This document shows, in pieces, positions 19,696 to 29,638 of a stretch of 64,000 nucleotides of DNA. Under the pieces are notes generated by a model, which was not told where the DNA came from, did not search any database, and saw only the letters and a list, made by a program, of their open reading frames with translations. This DNA comes from a bacterium (lineage in GTDB: Bacteria; UBA10199; 2-02-FULL-50-16; JAJFLM01): assembly GCA_965216315.1 (NCBI GenBank), contig CBDCFN010000015.1, positions 160,001-224,000 of the forward strand, written 5' to 3'. The stretch's first letter is position 1. The number at the start of each line of letters is the position of its first letter. Position numbers and translations under genes: made by a program.

Positions 19696-20766
19696 TTACG
19701 AAATCACTTCCTTTAATTGAGGCGATCCTTCCTTGTTCGGAACATCCAAGGCCTGCAGCCTGTCATGAAAACGAGCGAGACGTTTGTCGGAGTTTTCATA
19801 GCTGGAACGCGCATGATTAAGATGAGTTCCAATCTTAGCAAAATCCTGTTCAAAGGTCTTAAAATCAATCTTGAGACGCGCAAGATTCGCCATAATCTCG
19901 TGAATGCTTTCTTCGATCTTGAAACCGCGCAGCCCTAACAGAATCGTATTTAAGTAGGCATAAAAATTATTCGGCGAAATCGGAACAACCCGTCGGCTCA
20001 AGGCGTAGGTCGAAAGGGCCTTATCGCCTCCAAACTCGTCATCCTTAATGATGGTTTCATAATAAACATTTTCCGCCGGAATATACATGAGCGCGAAATC
20101 AAAAGTCCCTTCATCGGGACGAATATATTTATTGGCAATCGCATCGACATGTTTTTTGACATCCGTCCGAAACAGCCGATGGGCCGTCTTTTTCTCAGAC
20201 TCGTTCTCGGCGCTACAAAACTTACGAAAGTTTTCGAGCGGAAACTTGGAATCGATGGGCACCAAATGATCCCCTAATTTCACCACAGCGTCCACGGCTT
20301 CCCCGTTTTTAAAACGATGCTGCAAGGTAAAATGTTCCATCGGCATCACCTGCGCCAGCAAATCCCCCAAGAATAATTCGCCGAGTGATCCTCTCAATTT
20401 GGGCGCCTTCAAAATTTCCTGTAACGAAGCAATATCGCGACCGACCTCAAAAATACGGTCATTCGCCGCTTCCATCTTGCCGAGACGGCTCTGTACTTCA
20501 CCAATGACGCGAGCCGCATTATCGAGTCGTGTTCCGACTTGTTGTTGTGAGGTCTGCATCACGTCGATGTTCTTCTGGAGATGTTGATTGATGACTTTAT
20601 TGAGTTCCGAAACTTGGTCCTGCATTTCTTTGCGAAGGCCACCAAACTGATCTTGCAACGCCAGCAGTGAAGTCTCCGCGGCATCATTTTTGCGGCGCAG
20701 CGCGACAACAGCCAAAATACCGATGGCCAGGCAGGCGATTCCAAATAATATCCAGGGTAAGGGCAT
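19696..20766 (-). CDS. rmuC: DNA recombination protein RmuC
   Basis: N-terminal TM, coiled coil, RGSLGE, PIDSKFP and TFDFALMYIPAE. Confidence 0.92.
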   Translation of the reverse strand: MPLPWILFGIACLAIGILAVVALRRKNDAAETSLLALQDQFGGLRKEMQDQVSELNKVINQHLQKNIDVMQTSQQQVGTRLDNAARVIGEVQSRLGKMEAANDRIFEVGRDIASLQEILKAPKLRGSLGELFLGDLLAQVMPMEHFTLQHRFKNGEAVDAVVKLGDHLVPIDSKFPLENFRKFCSAENESEKKTAHRLFRTDVKKHVDAIANKYIRPDEGTFDFALMYIPAENVYYETIIKDDEFGGDKALSTYALSRRVVPISPNNFYAYLNTILLGLRGFKIEESIHEIMANLARLKIDFKTFEQDFAKIGTHLNHARSSYENSDKRLARFHDRLQALDVPNKEGSPQLKEVIS

Positions 20767-20863
20767 GGAAAAGGCATCATAGCAGGGCCGGCTTGATTTG
20801 CAACCAAAGGGGGATTAGGGAGGATTGGCGAGACTTTTTGGCTAATTTTGCAACTATATAGAT

Positions 20864-21115
20864 ATGCCCCAGGTTAAAATCTACACGACTGATTACTGCG
20901 GTTTCTGTAATGCCGCCAAACGGCTGCTGGAAGCCAACCAGATTCCATTTGAGCAAATCCATCTCCAAGCGAGGTCAGAGTTGGATGCCCTGATCGCCAA
21001 AACGGGTCACTCAACACTGCCGCAGATTTTTATCGATGATGAACTAATCGGGGGTTTTCAGGAATTAAGGGAGCTGGACCAAAACGGGGAACTCAAGAAA
21101 AAACTGGGGGTTTAG
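20864..21115 (+). CDS. grxC: Glutaredoxin
   Basis: CGFC active site, TLPQIFI and IGGF. Confidence 0.88.
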   Translation: MPQVKIYTTDYCGFCNAAKRLLEANQIPFEQIHLQARSELDALIAKTGHSTLPQIFIDDELIGGFQELRELDQNGELKKKLGV

Positions 21116-21549
21116 ACCCGGCCGCGACTACGAAGCGACAGGAGTTTGAGGTCATTTTGCAAATCAGCGCTGTCGGTATCCGTGGGAGCCTCCGGGGTAT
21201 AAGTCGGGGCTTCGGCACCGCGATTTTGGCCACCATTTTCAATAAAACGGCGATACTGAGCATGGGTGGCGATAGAAACGGCATCACCTCGATCTAATTC
21301 CCGATCATTGTCAGCATCCGTCCGCGAACTATTGATGATCTTCACTTCACCGTCAGAGGTCGAAACCGTCTGAAAGTCATGCTCATAATGCTCCAGCTTA
21401 TAGGAGACGCGACGCGACGCATCGGCCGAGTGCATGGTGCGAGCAACGGCCGAAGGCGCCCGTTCCGGACGGTCCCTACGGACCTCAGGGGTCTCGCGAA
21501 CTTCCGGGCGCTGCTGGACGCTCTGATTTTGGACATGATGTTCCGACAT
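21112..21549 (-). CDS. Hypothetical protein with disordered termini
   Basis: 145-aa ORF with GAGGA SD, preceded by both sigma-54 and sigma-28-like motifs. Confidence 0.65.
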   Translation of the reverse strand: MSEHHVQNQSVQQRPEVRETPEVRRDRPERAPSAVARTMHSADASRRVSYKLEHYEHDFQTVSTSDGEVKIINSSRTDADNDRELDRGDAVSIATHAQYRRFIENGGQNRGAEAPTYTPEAPTDTDSADLQNDLKLLSLRSRGRV

Positions 21550-21571
21550 AAAATTCCTCAGCCTCTATAAT

Positions 21572-21587
21572 AGCAAGTCCCGTGCCA
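21572..21587 (-). promoter_or_regulatory. Sigma-54 promoter
   Basis: TGGCAC-GGGAC-TTGCT, consensus match. Confidence 0.8.
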
Positions 21588-21651
21588 ACTAGGCCCATAC
21601 TGGCATTTGATGCCAAAATAACTATAACTTACTAAAATTACTGACCTTTTA

Positions 21652-21679
21652 TTATCGACCTCAGGAGGGGTTGGGTTGC
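21652..21679 (-). promoter_or_regulatory. Sigma-28-like promoter GCAAC-N15-GTCGATAA
   Basis: Upstream of CDS 21549. Confidence 0.55.
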
Positions 21680-21737
21680 GGCTCCCGGGTCCGTCATCCG
21701 GGCTTGGGGGTCTTACCCCCCATCTTGGTGCCTCGAC

Positions 21738-22796
21738 TCAGGAGCCTAACTGGGCGAGCTTATTCGCTAAATCTCCGACCGCCGCGCCGGAGACCTCAAC
21801 TTGGGACGCGAAGGTTTCGAGCTGAACCATGAGCTTGGCAACCCGGGGCACCGCACTTTCGAGCGCCTGTCTCAGCTCGGCATCCGCAGCGACCTCCTGC
21901 TGAAGCACTTCAATCGTCTCCCGCTGCCGGGCTTCGTCATGACAGAGCAGGATGATATCGCATCCCGCCTTCAAGGCCGCACACGCCGCCATCGGAACCG
22001 CAGCGGCTTCGGGGGCGATCCCTTTCATGAAGAGATCATCGCTGAAGAGAACCCCCTCAAAACCCAACTCCTCTCGGAGCAGGTCCCGATTCAACTGGGA
22101 CGAAAGGGTCCCGCACCACGTCGGATCCCAAGCAGAGTATAAGACATGGGCCGTCATTAAAGTCGGAATCCCGGCAGCAATCGCCCGTTGAAACGGAACC
22201 AATTCACGGGCCCTCATTGTAGCGACGTCCGTCCCTACACACGGCAAGGTTAGGTGAGAATCTTCCCGCGTATCCCCATGCCCGGGAAAATGTTTCCCAC
22301 AACTAATGACACCACCCGCTGCAAAGCCGCGCATCATTGCAATGGCCACTGCCGCAACAATTTCGGGGTCGCCATGAAACGCACGATCTCCGATAATCGG
22401 ATTCTCCGCGCAACTATCGACATCCAAAACCGGAGCATAGTTGAGATTAAACCCCACCGCCTTTAATTCCACGGCAATCAGTCGCGCGATTTCCGTGATC
22501 AATTCCGTGTCTTGCGTCCGCTCATAATACTGTCCGAACAAACGCGCCGGCGGGATTTTCGTAAAAGGTTCCTCTAAGCGAAATACGCGGCCGCCCTCAT
22601 GATCGACGCTCACAATGAGCGGCCCCCCACGTGCTTGCTTCAGGGTCTGGATCAGTTCGGCTAATTGGGTCGGGTTGACTATATTGCGTTTAAACAGGAT
22701 CACCCCGGCGATTTCTTCTTCGCTGAGCAGACGCAAAAAATCATCATCCGGTTGAGTCCCTTCAAAACCGAGAATGAGGTGTGGTCCGAGTTTCAT
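21738..22796 (-). CDS. nagZ: Beta-N-acetylhexosaminidase (GH3)
   Basis: VDHEGGRV, KHFPGHGDTREDSH and FSDDL. Confidence 0.93.
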   Translation of the reverse strand: MKLGPHLILGFEGTQPDDDFLRLLSEEEIAGVILFKRNIVNPTQLAELIQTLKQARGGPLIVSVDHEGGRVFRLEEPFTKIPPARLFGQYYERTQDTELITEIARLIAVELKAVGFNLNYAPVLDVDSCAENPIIGDRAFHGDPEIVAAVAIAMMRGFAAGGVISCGKHFPGHGDTREDSHLTLPCVGTDVATMRARELVPFQRAIAAGIPTLMTAHVLYSAWDPTWCGTLSSQLNRDLLREELGFEGVLFSDDLFMKGIAPEAAAVPMAACAALKAGCDIILLCHDEARQRETIEVLQQEVAADAELRQALESAVPRVAKLMVQLETFASQVEVSGAAVGDLANKLAQLGS

Positions 22797-22802
22797 CTTC
22801 TA

Positions 22803-23627
22803 TTACGCCTCATCTATTATAGATCGTCTCACATCAAGACGATCTCTTAAACCATCCCCAACCATGTGAAAGACGATGATGGTCACCATGATTGCCAAAC
22901 CGGGAAAAATGGAGAGGTGCGGCGCCACTAAAAGAAACTGCACTCCCTGGTCGAGAAGGCGGCCCCAACTGGGAACATGCGGCGGCACTCCTAAACCCAA
23001 AAAGGACAGCGTTGATTCCGCAATAATCACGCCGGCCATCCCAAAGCTGGCCTGCACCAACAACGGCCCGGCCAGGTTAGGAATAAAATAGCGGATTAAT
23101 AAGCGTGGAAAGCGGCAGCCGACTACTTGGGCCGCACGCACATAATCACGTTCTTTAATGGCCATGACCTGGCCACGCACCAAGCGTGCAAAACTGACCC
23201 AACCGACGACCGATAAAATCACGACAACCTGGAGAATGGAGGTCTGCGACTGAAAGGCCGCCAGGGCAATCACCAACAGAATAGAGGGGAAGGCCAACAA
23301 AACATCCGTCACAAAAATGAAGAATTCGTCGATGCGGCCCCCATAATAGGCGGCAATCGACCCAATGATCGTCCCGACGGCTGCCGTCAGCAGAATCGTC
23401 ATCACGCTGATCACCAAGGAAACTCGGGCCCCTAACAGAACTAACGTCAGGAGATCCCGACCGTCTTCGTCATACCCAAAAAGATGGCCGCGACTCGGAC
23501 CTAACAAGGAATCCGCCAGTGAAAAATCCGTCGCACTCACACCCGTGAGCCAAGGACCCACGACGGCAAAAACCGCTAACGTGGCGATACCAATGAAGCC
23601 CCATTTCAAGCGGGAGAAAGATTTCAT
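22803..23627 (-). CDS. Peptide ABC transporter permease (DppC/OppC-like)
   Basis: FGYDEDGRD, ARLVRGQ, DYVRAAQVVG and GDGLRD. Confidence 0.92.
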   Translation of the reverse strand: MKSFSRLKWGFIGIATLAVFAVVGPWLTGVSATDFSLADSLLGPSRGHLFGYDEDGRDLLTLVLLGARVSLVISVMTILLTAAVGTIIGSIAAYYGGRIDEFFIFVTDVLLAFPSILLVIALAAFQSQTSILQVVVILSVVGWVSFARLVRGQVMAIKERDYVRAAQVVGCRFPRLLIRYFIPNLAGPLLVQASFGMAGVIIAESTLSFLGLGVPPHVPSWGRLLDQGVQFLLVAPHLSIFPGLAIMVTIIVFHMVGDGLRDRLDVRRSIIDEA

Positions 23628-23635
23628 AACAAATT

Positions 23636-23725
23636 AAATCCCCCTTTATCCCCCTTTACAAAGGGGGAGATAACGGTTCCCATTTGGTATCCCTCCCTTT
23701 GACAAAGGGAGGTTAGGAGGGATTT
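23636..23725. repeat. REP-like repeat family B, inverted pair
   Basis: AAATCCCCCTTTATCCCCCTTTACAAAGGGGG ... CCTCCCTTTGACAAAGGGAGGTTAGGAGGGATTT, lying between two permease genes. Confidence 0.8.
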
Positions 23726-23735
23726 TTTCAAAGGA

Positions 23736-24665
23736 TTATCCATTTGCACCTAACTTTACCCGCGGATCTATCCGCGCATACAAGAGATCCGTTGCCAGAT
23801 TGACCAAGGCATAGGTCGCCGCAATCGTTAAGATACAACCTTGCACCACCGGGTAATCGCGTCGTTCGATCGCGGTTAACAATAACGTCCCGATTCCCGG
23901 CCACGAGAAGACCTTCTCGGTGACGATCGCCCCGGCCAACAGGGCGCCAAACTGCAAACCGACAATGGTCACGACCGGGTTCAATGCATTGACCAGCGTG
24001 TGTTTTCCGACCACGACAAATTCCGAAAGTCCTTTGGCGCGTGCCGTGCGCACATAATCTTCGTTCATCACATCCAACATCGAACTGCGCGTCAACCGGC
24101 TGGTCAATGCCGCCATCGACGCTCCCAACGTCACCGCCGGGAGGATAACACTACCCGGTAAATCACGTCCCGCCACGGGAAACCAATCCAACTGAACCGC
24201 AAACACCAAAGCCAGGAGCGGACCGAGCCAAAAATTGGGCATCGCAATACCAATCAGTGCAAACAGCATACTGCCGCGATCCGTCCAGGTTCCGCGTCGT
24301 AATGACGCAATGACGCCTAAGGGAATCGCGAGCGCCAAGGCAATCAGAATAGCAATCAACGCCAAATGCAAAGTGGCCGGAAAACGTTGGGCAATCATCT
24401 GAGTCACCGGCTTTTGGCTATAGAGTGACTTGCCGAGATCCCCATGCATGAGACCGTCGATAAAACGTAGCTGCTGTTCCCAGACAGGCTCGTCGAGGTG
24501 CAATTGGTGCTGCAAAACCTCGCGATCACTGACCAGGGCCTGTTCACCCAAGATCGCATCAACCGGATCCCCAGGAATCATGTGAATAAAGAAGAAAACG
24601 AGCGTACTGACAGTATAGAGAATAGGAATAAGAAAGAGTAAGCGACGGACGGCATAGTGTATCAT
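23736..24665 (-). CDS. Peptide ABC transporter permease (DppB/OppB-like)
   Basis: PGDP, GDLGKS, EDYVRTARAKG and RDYPVVQG. Confidence 0.93.
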   Translation of the reverse strand: MIHYAVRRLLFLIPILYTVSTLVFFFIHMIPGDPVDAILGEQALVSDREVLQHQLHLDEPVWEQQLRFIDGLMHGDLGKSLYSQKPVTQMIAQRFPATLHLALIAILIALALAIPLGVIASLRRGTWTDRGSMLFALIGIAMPNFWLGPLLALVFAVQLDWFPVAGRDLPGSVILPAVTLGASMAALTSRLTRSSMLDVMNEDYVRTARAKGLSEFVVVGKHTLVNALNPVVTIVGLQFGALLAGAIVTEKVFSWPGIGTLLLTAIERRDYPVVQGCILTIAATYALVNLATDLLYARIDPRVKLGANG

Positions 24666-26212
24666 GGCTCCTCCCGATACAAACCAACCATCCCACTAAA
24701 CGCCGCATTGGGGTACATCACATAGCCCTTTACATCACGTCGCCGCACGAGGATAACGTCTTCATACCAAAGGCTGATGTACGGAAGCTCATCCGCTGCA
24801 ATTGACTGCACTTCCTCATAAATTCGTTTCCTCTCCTGCGGTGAATTCGTCGAGCGCCCGGCCTCCGTCAGACTATCAATGACTTTATTCCGGTAACGGT
24901 TTCGGTTTCCCCCCTTCGGAGGAATCTGAGAGGAGTTAAAAACATAATAGTATATATCCGGTTCCGTCACGCCAACCCAGGTTAGCGTATAGAGCTGAAA
25001 ATTGCCCGCGCGGATATCCCGAAAGAGCGTCCCCCATTCATAAGGCGTTACCAGGACATCGACTCCAACTTTATTGAGGTATTGTGATATCAAGCGGGCC
25101 ATGCCGACACGATCTCGTTTGGAGGACGTCTTATAAAGGATGCGAAAACGACTCTGGGGTCCCGGACCGTCCGGATCAGGAAAACCCGCCTCATCCAGCA
25201 GAGCCATCGCCTTTTGCGGATTGTATGAGTAGCGCATCCCCGGCTTGTGATAGGCCCAGTGCATCGGAGCCAAGATTCCGGTCGCCGGCCGTGCCATTCC
25301 CTTTAACTTGTAACGAATCATCTCCGGAATATTCAGCGCATGAGCAAAAGCCCGGCGCACCTTGGCATTAGAGAGATGCGGATCTTCCAGATTAAAACCC
25401 ATATAGCTATAATTGATTCCCGGCTCACTTTGCACCACGAGATCCTTACGTTTGCGCACATAAGGAATTAATGCCGCCGGCACATTGTTCTGTAAGAGAT
25501 CAATACGTCCCCGCACGAGATCCAAAACACGTAAGTTATCATCACGGATAACACGAAAGACAAGCTGCTGCGGTTTGGCCGCCCCCGCAAAATAGTCATC
25601 AAAGCGGGTTAATATGACCTGTTCATCTTCTACAAAATCACTGACCTGAAACGGCCCGCTGCCAACGAGCGTCTCGTCCTTGCCCTGCCGGACAATTCCC
25701 AAGGTCAATGCACTCAAGAAAGGGGCGAAGGGCTCTTTGAGCTTTATCGTAAAGCGCTGCGCATCTTCGATCTCAATCGCCGCAATCTTACTAAAGGTTG
25801 AATAATGAGGCGAAGGCACCTTCTGCTCGCGAATCGAATTATAGGTCCAGGCAACATCCTCGCTCGTCAGCGGGGAACCATCTTGAAATCGAACATCCGG
25901 GCGCAACACAAAGCGGTATTCTTGCGCAGAGACCGCCTGGTAAGACTCTAAAAGATGGGGTGTCAGCCGCAGTTTTTTATCCAGCCGAAAGAGTCCTGAA
26001 TAAATGAGGCGACAGAGTTTCGATGAGTAGGCATCGGCGGCAAGCCGTGGATCAAACGTACTGGGTGAACTCTCCAGCCCGATTACAAATGTGCCCGGCG
26101 CAGGACGGCCCGTGTCCGAACATGCCGAACAAAACACCAGACTCAAACAAAGAAAGTGGAGCCAAAAAGTGCATCCGTTGACACGGCGCAGGTGTGTAGT
26201 TAGACTTATCAC
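24662..26212 (-). CDS. Peptide ABC transporter substrate-binding lipoprotein (family 5)
   Basis: Lipobox CSAC, FDP, LRPDVRFQDGSPLTSEDV and GSGPF. Confidence 0.92.
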   Translation of the reverse strand: MISLTTHLRRVNGCTFWLHFLCLSLVFCSACSDTGRPAPGTFVIGLESSPSTFDPRLAADAYSSKLCRLIYSGLFRLDKKLRLTPHLLESYQAVSAQEYRFVLRPDVRFQDGSPLTSEDVAWTYNSIREQKVPSPHYSTFSKIAAIEIEDAQRFTIKLKEPFAPFLSALTLGIVRQGKDETLVGSGPFQVSDFVEDEQVILTRFDDYFAGAAKPQQLVFRVIRDDNLRVLDLVRGRIDLLQNNVPAALIPYVRKRKDLVVQSEPGINYSYMGFNLEDPHLSNAKVRRAFAHALNIPEMIRYKLKGMARPATGILAPMHWAYHKPGMRYSYNPQKAMALLDEAGFPDPDGPGPQSRFRILYKTSSKRDRVGMARLISQYLNKVGVDVLVTPYEWGTLFRDIRAGNFQLYTLTWVGVTEPDIYYYVFNSSQIPPKGGNRNRYRNKVIDSLTEAGRSTNSPQERKRIYEEVQSIAADELPYISLWYEDVILVRRRDVKGYVMYPNAAFSGMVGLYREEP

Positions 26213-26290
26213 CGTCTCGGCGGAAAGTAGAGAATTTCCTAAATAGTGTCAATGAATTAGCCACGGCCTCTTAAACGAAAGCGCCTCGAG

Positions 26291-27619
26291 ATGCGTCCAG
26301 AAACGAAACAGCAAAAAAAGAACTGGCTGCGCGCGGGGATTTTATCGGTTCTCCTCCTGGGAGCCAACCCACTCGCTGCCGCGACGCTACCCGATGTTCC
26401 GGACCTGCTGCGTCGCAACGGAATTCCCAAGGCCGCGTTGTCCGCAAGCATCATTTCACTCAAAACCGGCAAAACCGTCTTCAAATATAATGACGGGCTC
26501 CCACTCAACCCTGCGTCGGCTATGAAACTGCTGACCAGCCTCGCCGCCTTTGAAACTTTGGGTGCCGATCATCGCTACCCTACTGAATTCTTCAGCTACA
26601 AACCTGATAAGGAAGGAAAGATCTCGGGGCTCTGGGTAAAGGGTTACGGCAGTCCCGCCCTGGTCGACGAAGAGCTCCGTTGGATCGCGAAAAACTTAAA
26701 AAAGCGCGGCATCCGTCACATCGATGGACCCATCTATGTGGATGACACTTACTTTGGCCCCGCGGAACCAATCCGTTTCCCGGGCACAACGGGCAAAAGC
26801 GTTTACCGAGTCGTGACCGGCGCGCTTTCCTATAATTTCAATCGCCCTGAATCGCTGCTTTTTGCCGCGCGTTCATTTAAAAAGAACGGCGCCTATGCAC
26901 GCGGGACCTCAGAAGTCCCTGAAAGACCCGTCTTACTCAATAAAGAAATCTTGGACCCGGCGATTTATACCGGCCTTGCGATTAAAACGGAACTCGAGCG
27001 CCAAGGCATCCCGGTGACAGGAAAAGTGCAATTTCAGCGGGTCCCATTGGATACACGACTGCTCCTCTTTCATAGTTCGCAGCGCTTGGCCGAAATTATG
27101 GCGGGGCTTAACAAATTCAGCAACAATTTCATCGCCGAACAGGTCCTCCGCTCTCTCGGTGCCGCGCGCTATGGGCAGGCAAGCCGCACGCGCGGCCTCA
27201 AAGTCTTGAGTGAAACTCTCGCCAAAGTCGGTGGCACCGATGCCAACTATCGGCTGCATAATGGCTCCGGACTCTCGCGTCACAATCGGCTCGCAGCCGC
27301 CCATTTAACTCAACTGCTCCGCCATGCTCTCAAGGCGTCCTATGGCGAAGATTATACAAGGGCCTTGAGTATTGGCGGCGTCGATGGGACACTGCTAAAA
27401 AGGTTTCGCAGCTCAAAGCTCAAGGGCCATATTTGGGCCAAAACCGGCACCTTATACTCGGTCTCAACATTGGCGGGTTATTTTTTAGTCGATGAGGAAC
27501 CTTACTGTTTTGCCATTCTCGTGAATGATTTTGCAACGGGGCCGGCACCGGCAGAAAAGACACAACAAATGATATTGGAACACTTCGTTAAGTACATCGC
27601 GCAAAAGGAATCATCGTAA
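26291..27619 (+). CDS. dacB: D-Ala-D-Ala carboxypeptidase/endopeptidase (PBP4, S13)
   Basis: PASAMK (SxxK), SNN, GSGLSR and AKTGTL. Confidence 0.92.
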   Translation: MRPETKQQKKNWLRAGILSVLLLGANPLAAATLPDVPDLLRRNGIPKAALSASIISLKTGKTVFKYNDGLPLNPASAMKLLTSLAAFETLGADHRYPTEFFSYKPDKEGKISGLWVKGYGSPALVDEELRWIAKNLKKRGIRHIDGPIYVDDTYFGPAEPIRFPGTTGKSVYRVVTGALSYNFNRPESLLFAARSFKKNGAYARGTSEVPERPVLLNKEILDPAIYTGLAIKTELERQGIPVTGKVQFQRVPLDTRLLLFHSSQRLAEIMAGLNKFSNNFIAEQVLRSLGAARYGQASRTRGLKVLSETLAKVGGTDANYRLHNGSGLSRHNRLAAAHLTQLLRHALKASYGEDYTRALSIGGVDGTLLKRFRSSKLKGHIWAKTGTLYSVSTLAGYFLVDEEPYCFAILVNDFATGPAPAEKTQQMILEHFVKYIAQKESS

Positions 27620-29103
27620 TGTCTTGGTACCGCTTTGGCGCCGCACTATTATTGATCGGACTCACGGGACTCTTTGTGTTTTGGGAATATCATTTTTTTC
27701 CAAAACGGGTGTCGCGTTCCATTACCAAGCCAATCGAATTGCACACGCGCTCCGTCTCTCACAAGAGTCTACTCGCAGAACCGGCTCCCATCATTCCGGA
27801 CGCACTCAAAGGAGAGCGCGCCATTGCCTTCAAGCTTTCCTTTGAAGACCCTGAAGGCATGCAATTAACCCCTCCACTGCTTGATAATCTGGTGACCCCC
27901 TCGCGGCTTGAATCTCTCAGTCCGCTCAAGAAACTCCCCAACCAAGAATTATTCCCGGTCCCCGCGTCGATTCGGAAGGCTGTCGATTTCTGGAAAAGTT
28001 GTTACTCCAAGTATACTTCGTATGAAGTGGTTCTCCACGATAGGCGTTATTTGGGGGTGGTTTACGATGTGCTTGATTTTACCAGCCTCAAACAACAGGG
28101 ATTTAGTGACCAAGAGATCTGGCGTTTCAAAAAAGATCGCGTCAGAGAGCGCATGAATGAAATCGACAATGCCCTTAAGCAACTCAACAAGACTCAGGGG
28201 GTTGCACGGCGACTCACCCCTTTAGAAGGCAAGATCTGGAAGCTTTGGGAATTCTTGCCTGACGACCCCAAACGTTTTGCCAAGGCCCGCGAAGAACTAC
28301 GTTCCCAAACCGGCATGAGAGATCGATTTCGTCGCGCCATTCAAAGAGCGGGTGCCTATTTACCTTATATGGAAGATATTTTTCTCAGTTATCAGCTTCC
28401 ACCCGAACTGACACGACTCGTTTTTGTCGAGTCAATGTTCGTGAATGAAGCCCTCTCCAAGACCGGCGCTGCCGGGTTGTGGCAATTTATGCCCGGAACA
28501 GCCAAGCTTTTCATGAAGCTCAATGAATGGGTGGACGAACGACTCGATCCCTTCATCGCGACGGAATCAGCCGCACGTTTGCTGTCGGACAATTATAGCC
28601 TGCTCGGATCTTGGCCTCTCGCCATCAATGCCTACAACTCCGGGCCGGGACGCCTTAAGCAGGCGGTTCGCCGGCTAGGAACGGATGACATCGGCGTGAT
28701 TATCAACCGGTTTAAGGGACGCGGTTACGGTTTTGCATCGCGGAACTTTTATCCTTCCTTCATTGCCGCCCTTGAAGTGTCAGAAAACTATCGGCAACTC
28801 TTTGGCGACTTACCCATCTACGAACCGATCACTTACGAGACCGTCAAACTCCCTGCCCAGGCACGCATCGATGATATCGCTTCGATACTGGAACTCGACG
28901 TTCAAAGCCTCAGGGATTTAAACCCAGCCTTCTTGCGACCGATCTACGAATCTGATGTCTATTTGCCTGCCGGCGCCAATATTCGTGTTCCCTTAGGTGA
29001 TGGAGCGGATCTCATCGCCGGCGTTTACAACCTTGCCGCTCGATCTCATTACGACCTTACACGTACGGAGATGACTGAAGATAAGAATTCTGAAAAACTT
29101 TAA
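27619..29103 (+). CDS. Lytic murein transglycosylase (MltD-like)
   Basis: VESMF, AAGLWQFMPGT, AYNSG and a C-terminal LRDLNP LysM-like segment. Confidence 0.88.
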   Translation: MSWYRFGAALLLIGLTGLFVFWEYHFFPKRVSRSITKPIELHTRSVSHKSLLAEPAPIIPDALKGERAIAFKLSFEDPEGMQLTPPLLDNLVTPSRLESLSPLKKLPNQELFPVPASIRKAVDFWKSCYSKYTSYEVVLHDRRYLGVVYDVLDFTSLKQQGFSDQEIWRFKKDRVRERMNEIDNALKQLNKTQGVARRLTPLEGKIWKLWEFLPDDPKRFAKAREELRSQTGMRDRFRRAIQRAGAYLPYMEDIFLSYQLPPELTRLVFVESMFVNEALSKTGAAGLWQFMPGTAKLFMKLNEWVDERLDPFIATESAARLLSDNYSLLGSWPLAINAYNSGPGRLKQAVRRLGTDDIGVIINRFKGRGYGFASRNFYPSFIAALEVSENYRQLFGDLPIYEPITYETVKLPAQARIDDIASILELDVQSLRDLNPAFLRPIYESDVYLPAGANIRVPLGDGADLIAGVYNLAARSHYDLTRTEMTEDKNSEKL

Positions 29104-29117
29104 GGAATTGAATAGGC

Positions 29118-29435
29118 TTATCCCGAGGGAATCAGCAGCCAAATAATCATCCCGACAAGAAGTAGTAACAAGAACCACCATATCTTTTTCCGCGGCTTTT
29201 CACCGCCGCGTGAACGCTCTCGAGCCTGAGCCTCTTCGATGAGATGCAAGGCGAGTCCTTCCGGAGGCATAGCTGCAGCACTCACGGCTGCTGCCTCGCG
29301 TGCTGCGACCACCATCTCACGAAGCTCGGCCGAGGCCAGGCAGGCGGCAAAGGCTTCGTGCATCAGCTCTTCGGGCCACTTCTCCAAGTCAGTCCCGTAA
29401 AGCGACAAATATTCCTTCATTTCGTCGGCTGTCAT
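29118..29435 (-). CDS. Small membrane protein
   Basis: 105 aa; YGTDLEKWPE N-terminus; C-terminal TM helix; GAGGAG SD. Confidence 0.6.
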   Translation of the reverse strand: MTADEMKEYLSLYGTDLEKWPEELMHEAFAACLASAELREMVVAAREAAAVSAAAMPPEGLALHLIEEAQARERSRGGEKPRKKIWWFLLLLLVGMIIWLLIPSG

Positions 29436-29548
29436 CGCTCCTCAAGCAATCACACAATCATGGTAAAAACACACCAAGTTCTTCAAAAATTATTCTCCAT
29501 CTAGGGCCGCTTCACCCCCAATCTGAAGCGATTTCAGCGATTTCGGCA

Positions 29549-29574
29549 CAACATTTCACCAAAAAAACCGATAC
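29549..29574 (+). promoter_or_regulatory. Sigma-28-like promoter CAAC-N14-ACCGATAC
   Basis: Upstream of the slt-like CDS. Confidence 0.45.
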
Positions 29575-29638
29575 ATCTTAGATGCAAACGCAAGATGCAT
29601 CTGGGGCTTGTCTAACGAGCCATAACCCGCTATAAGTA

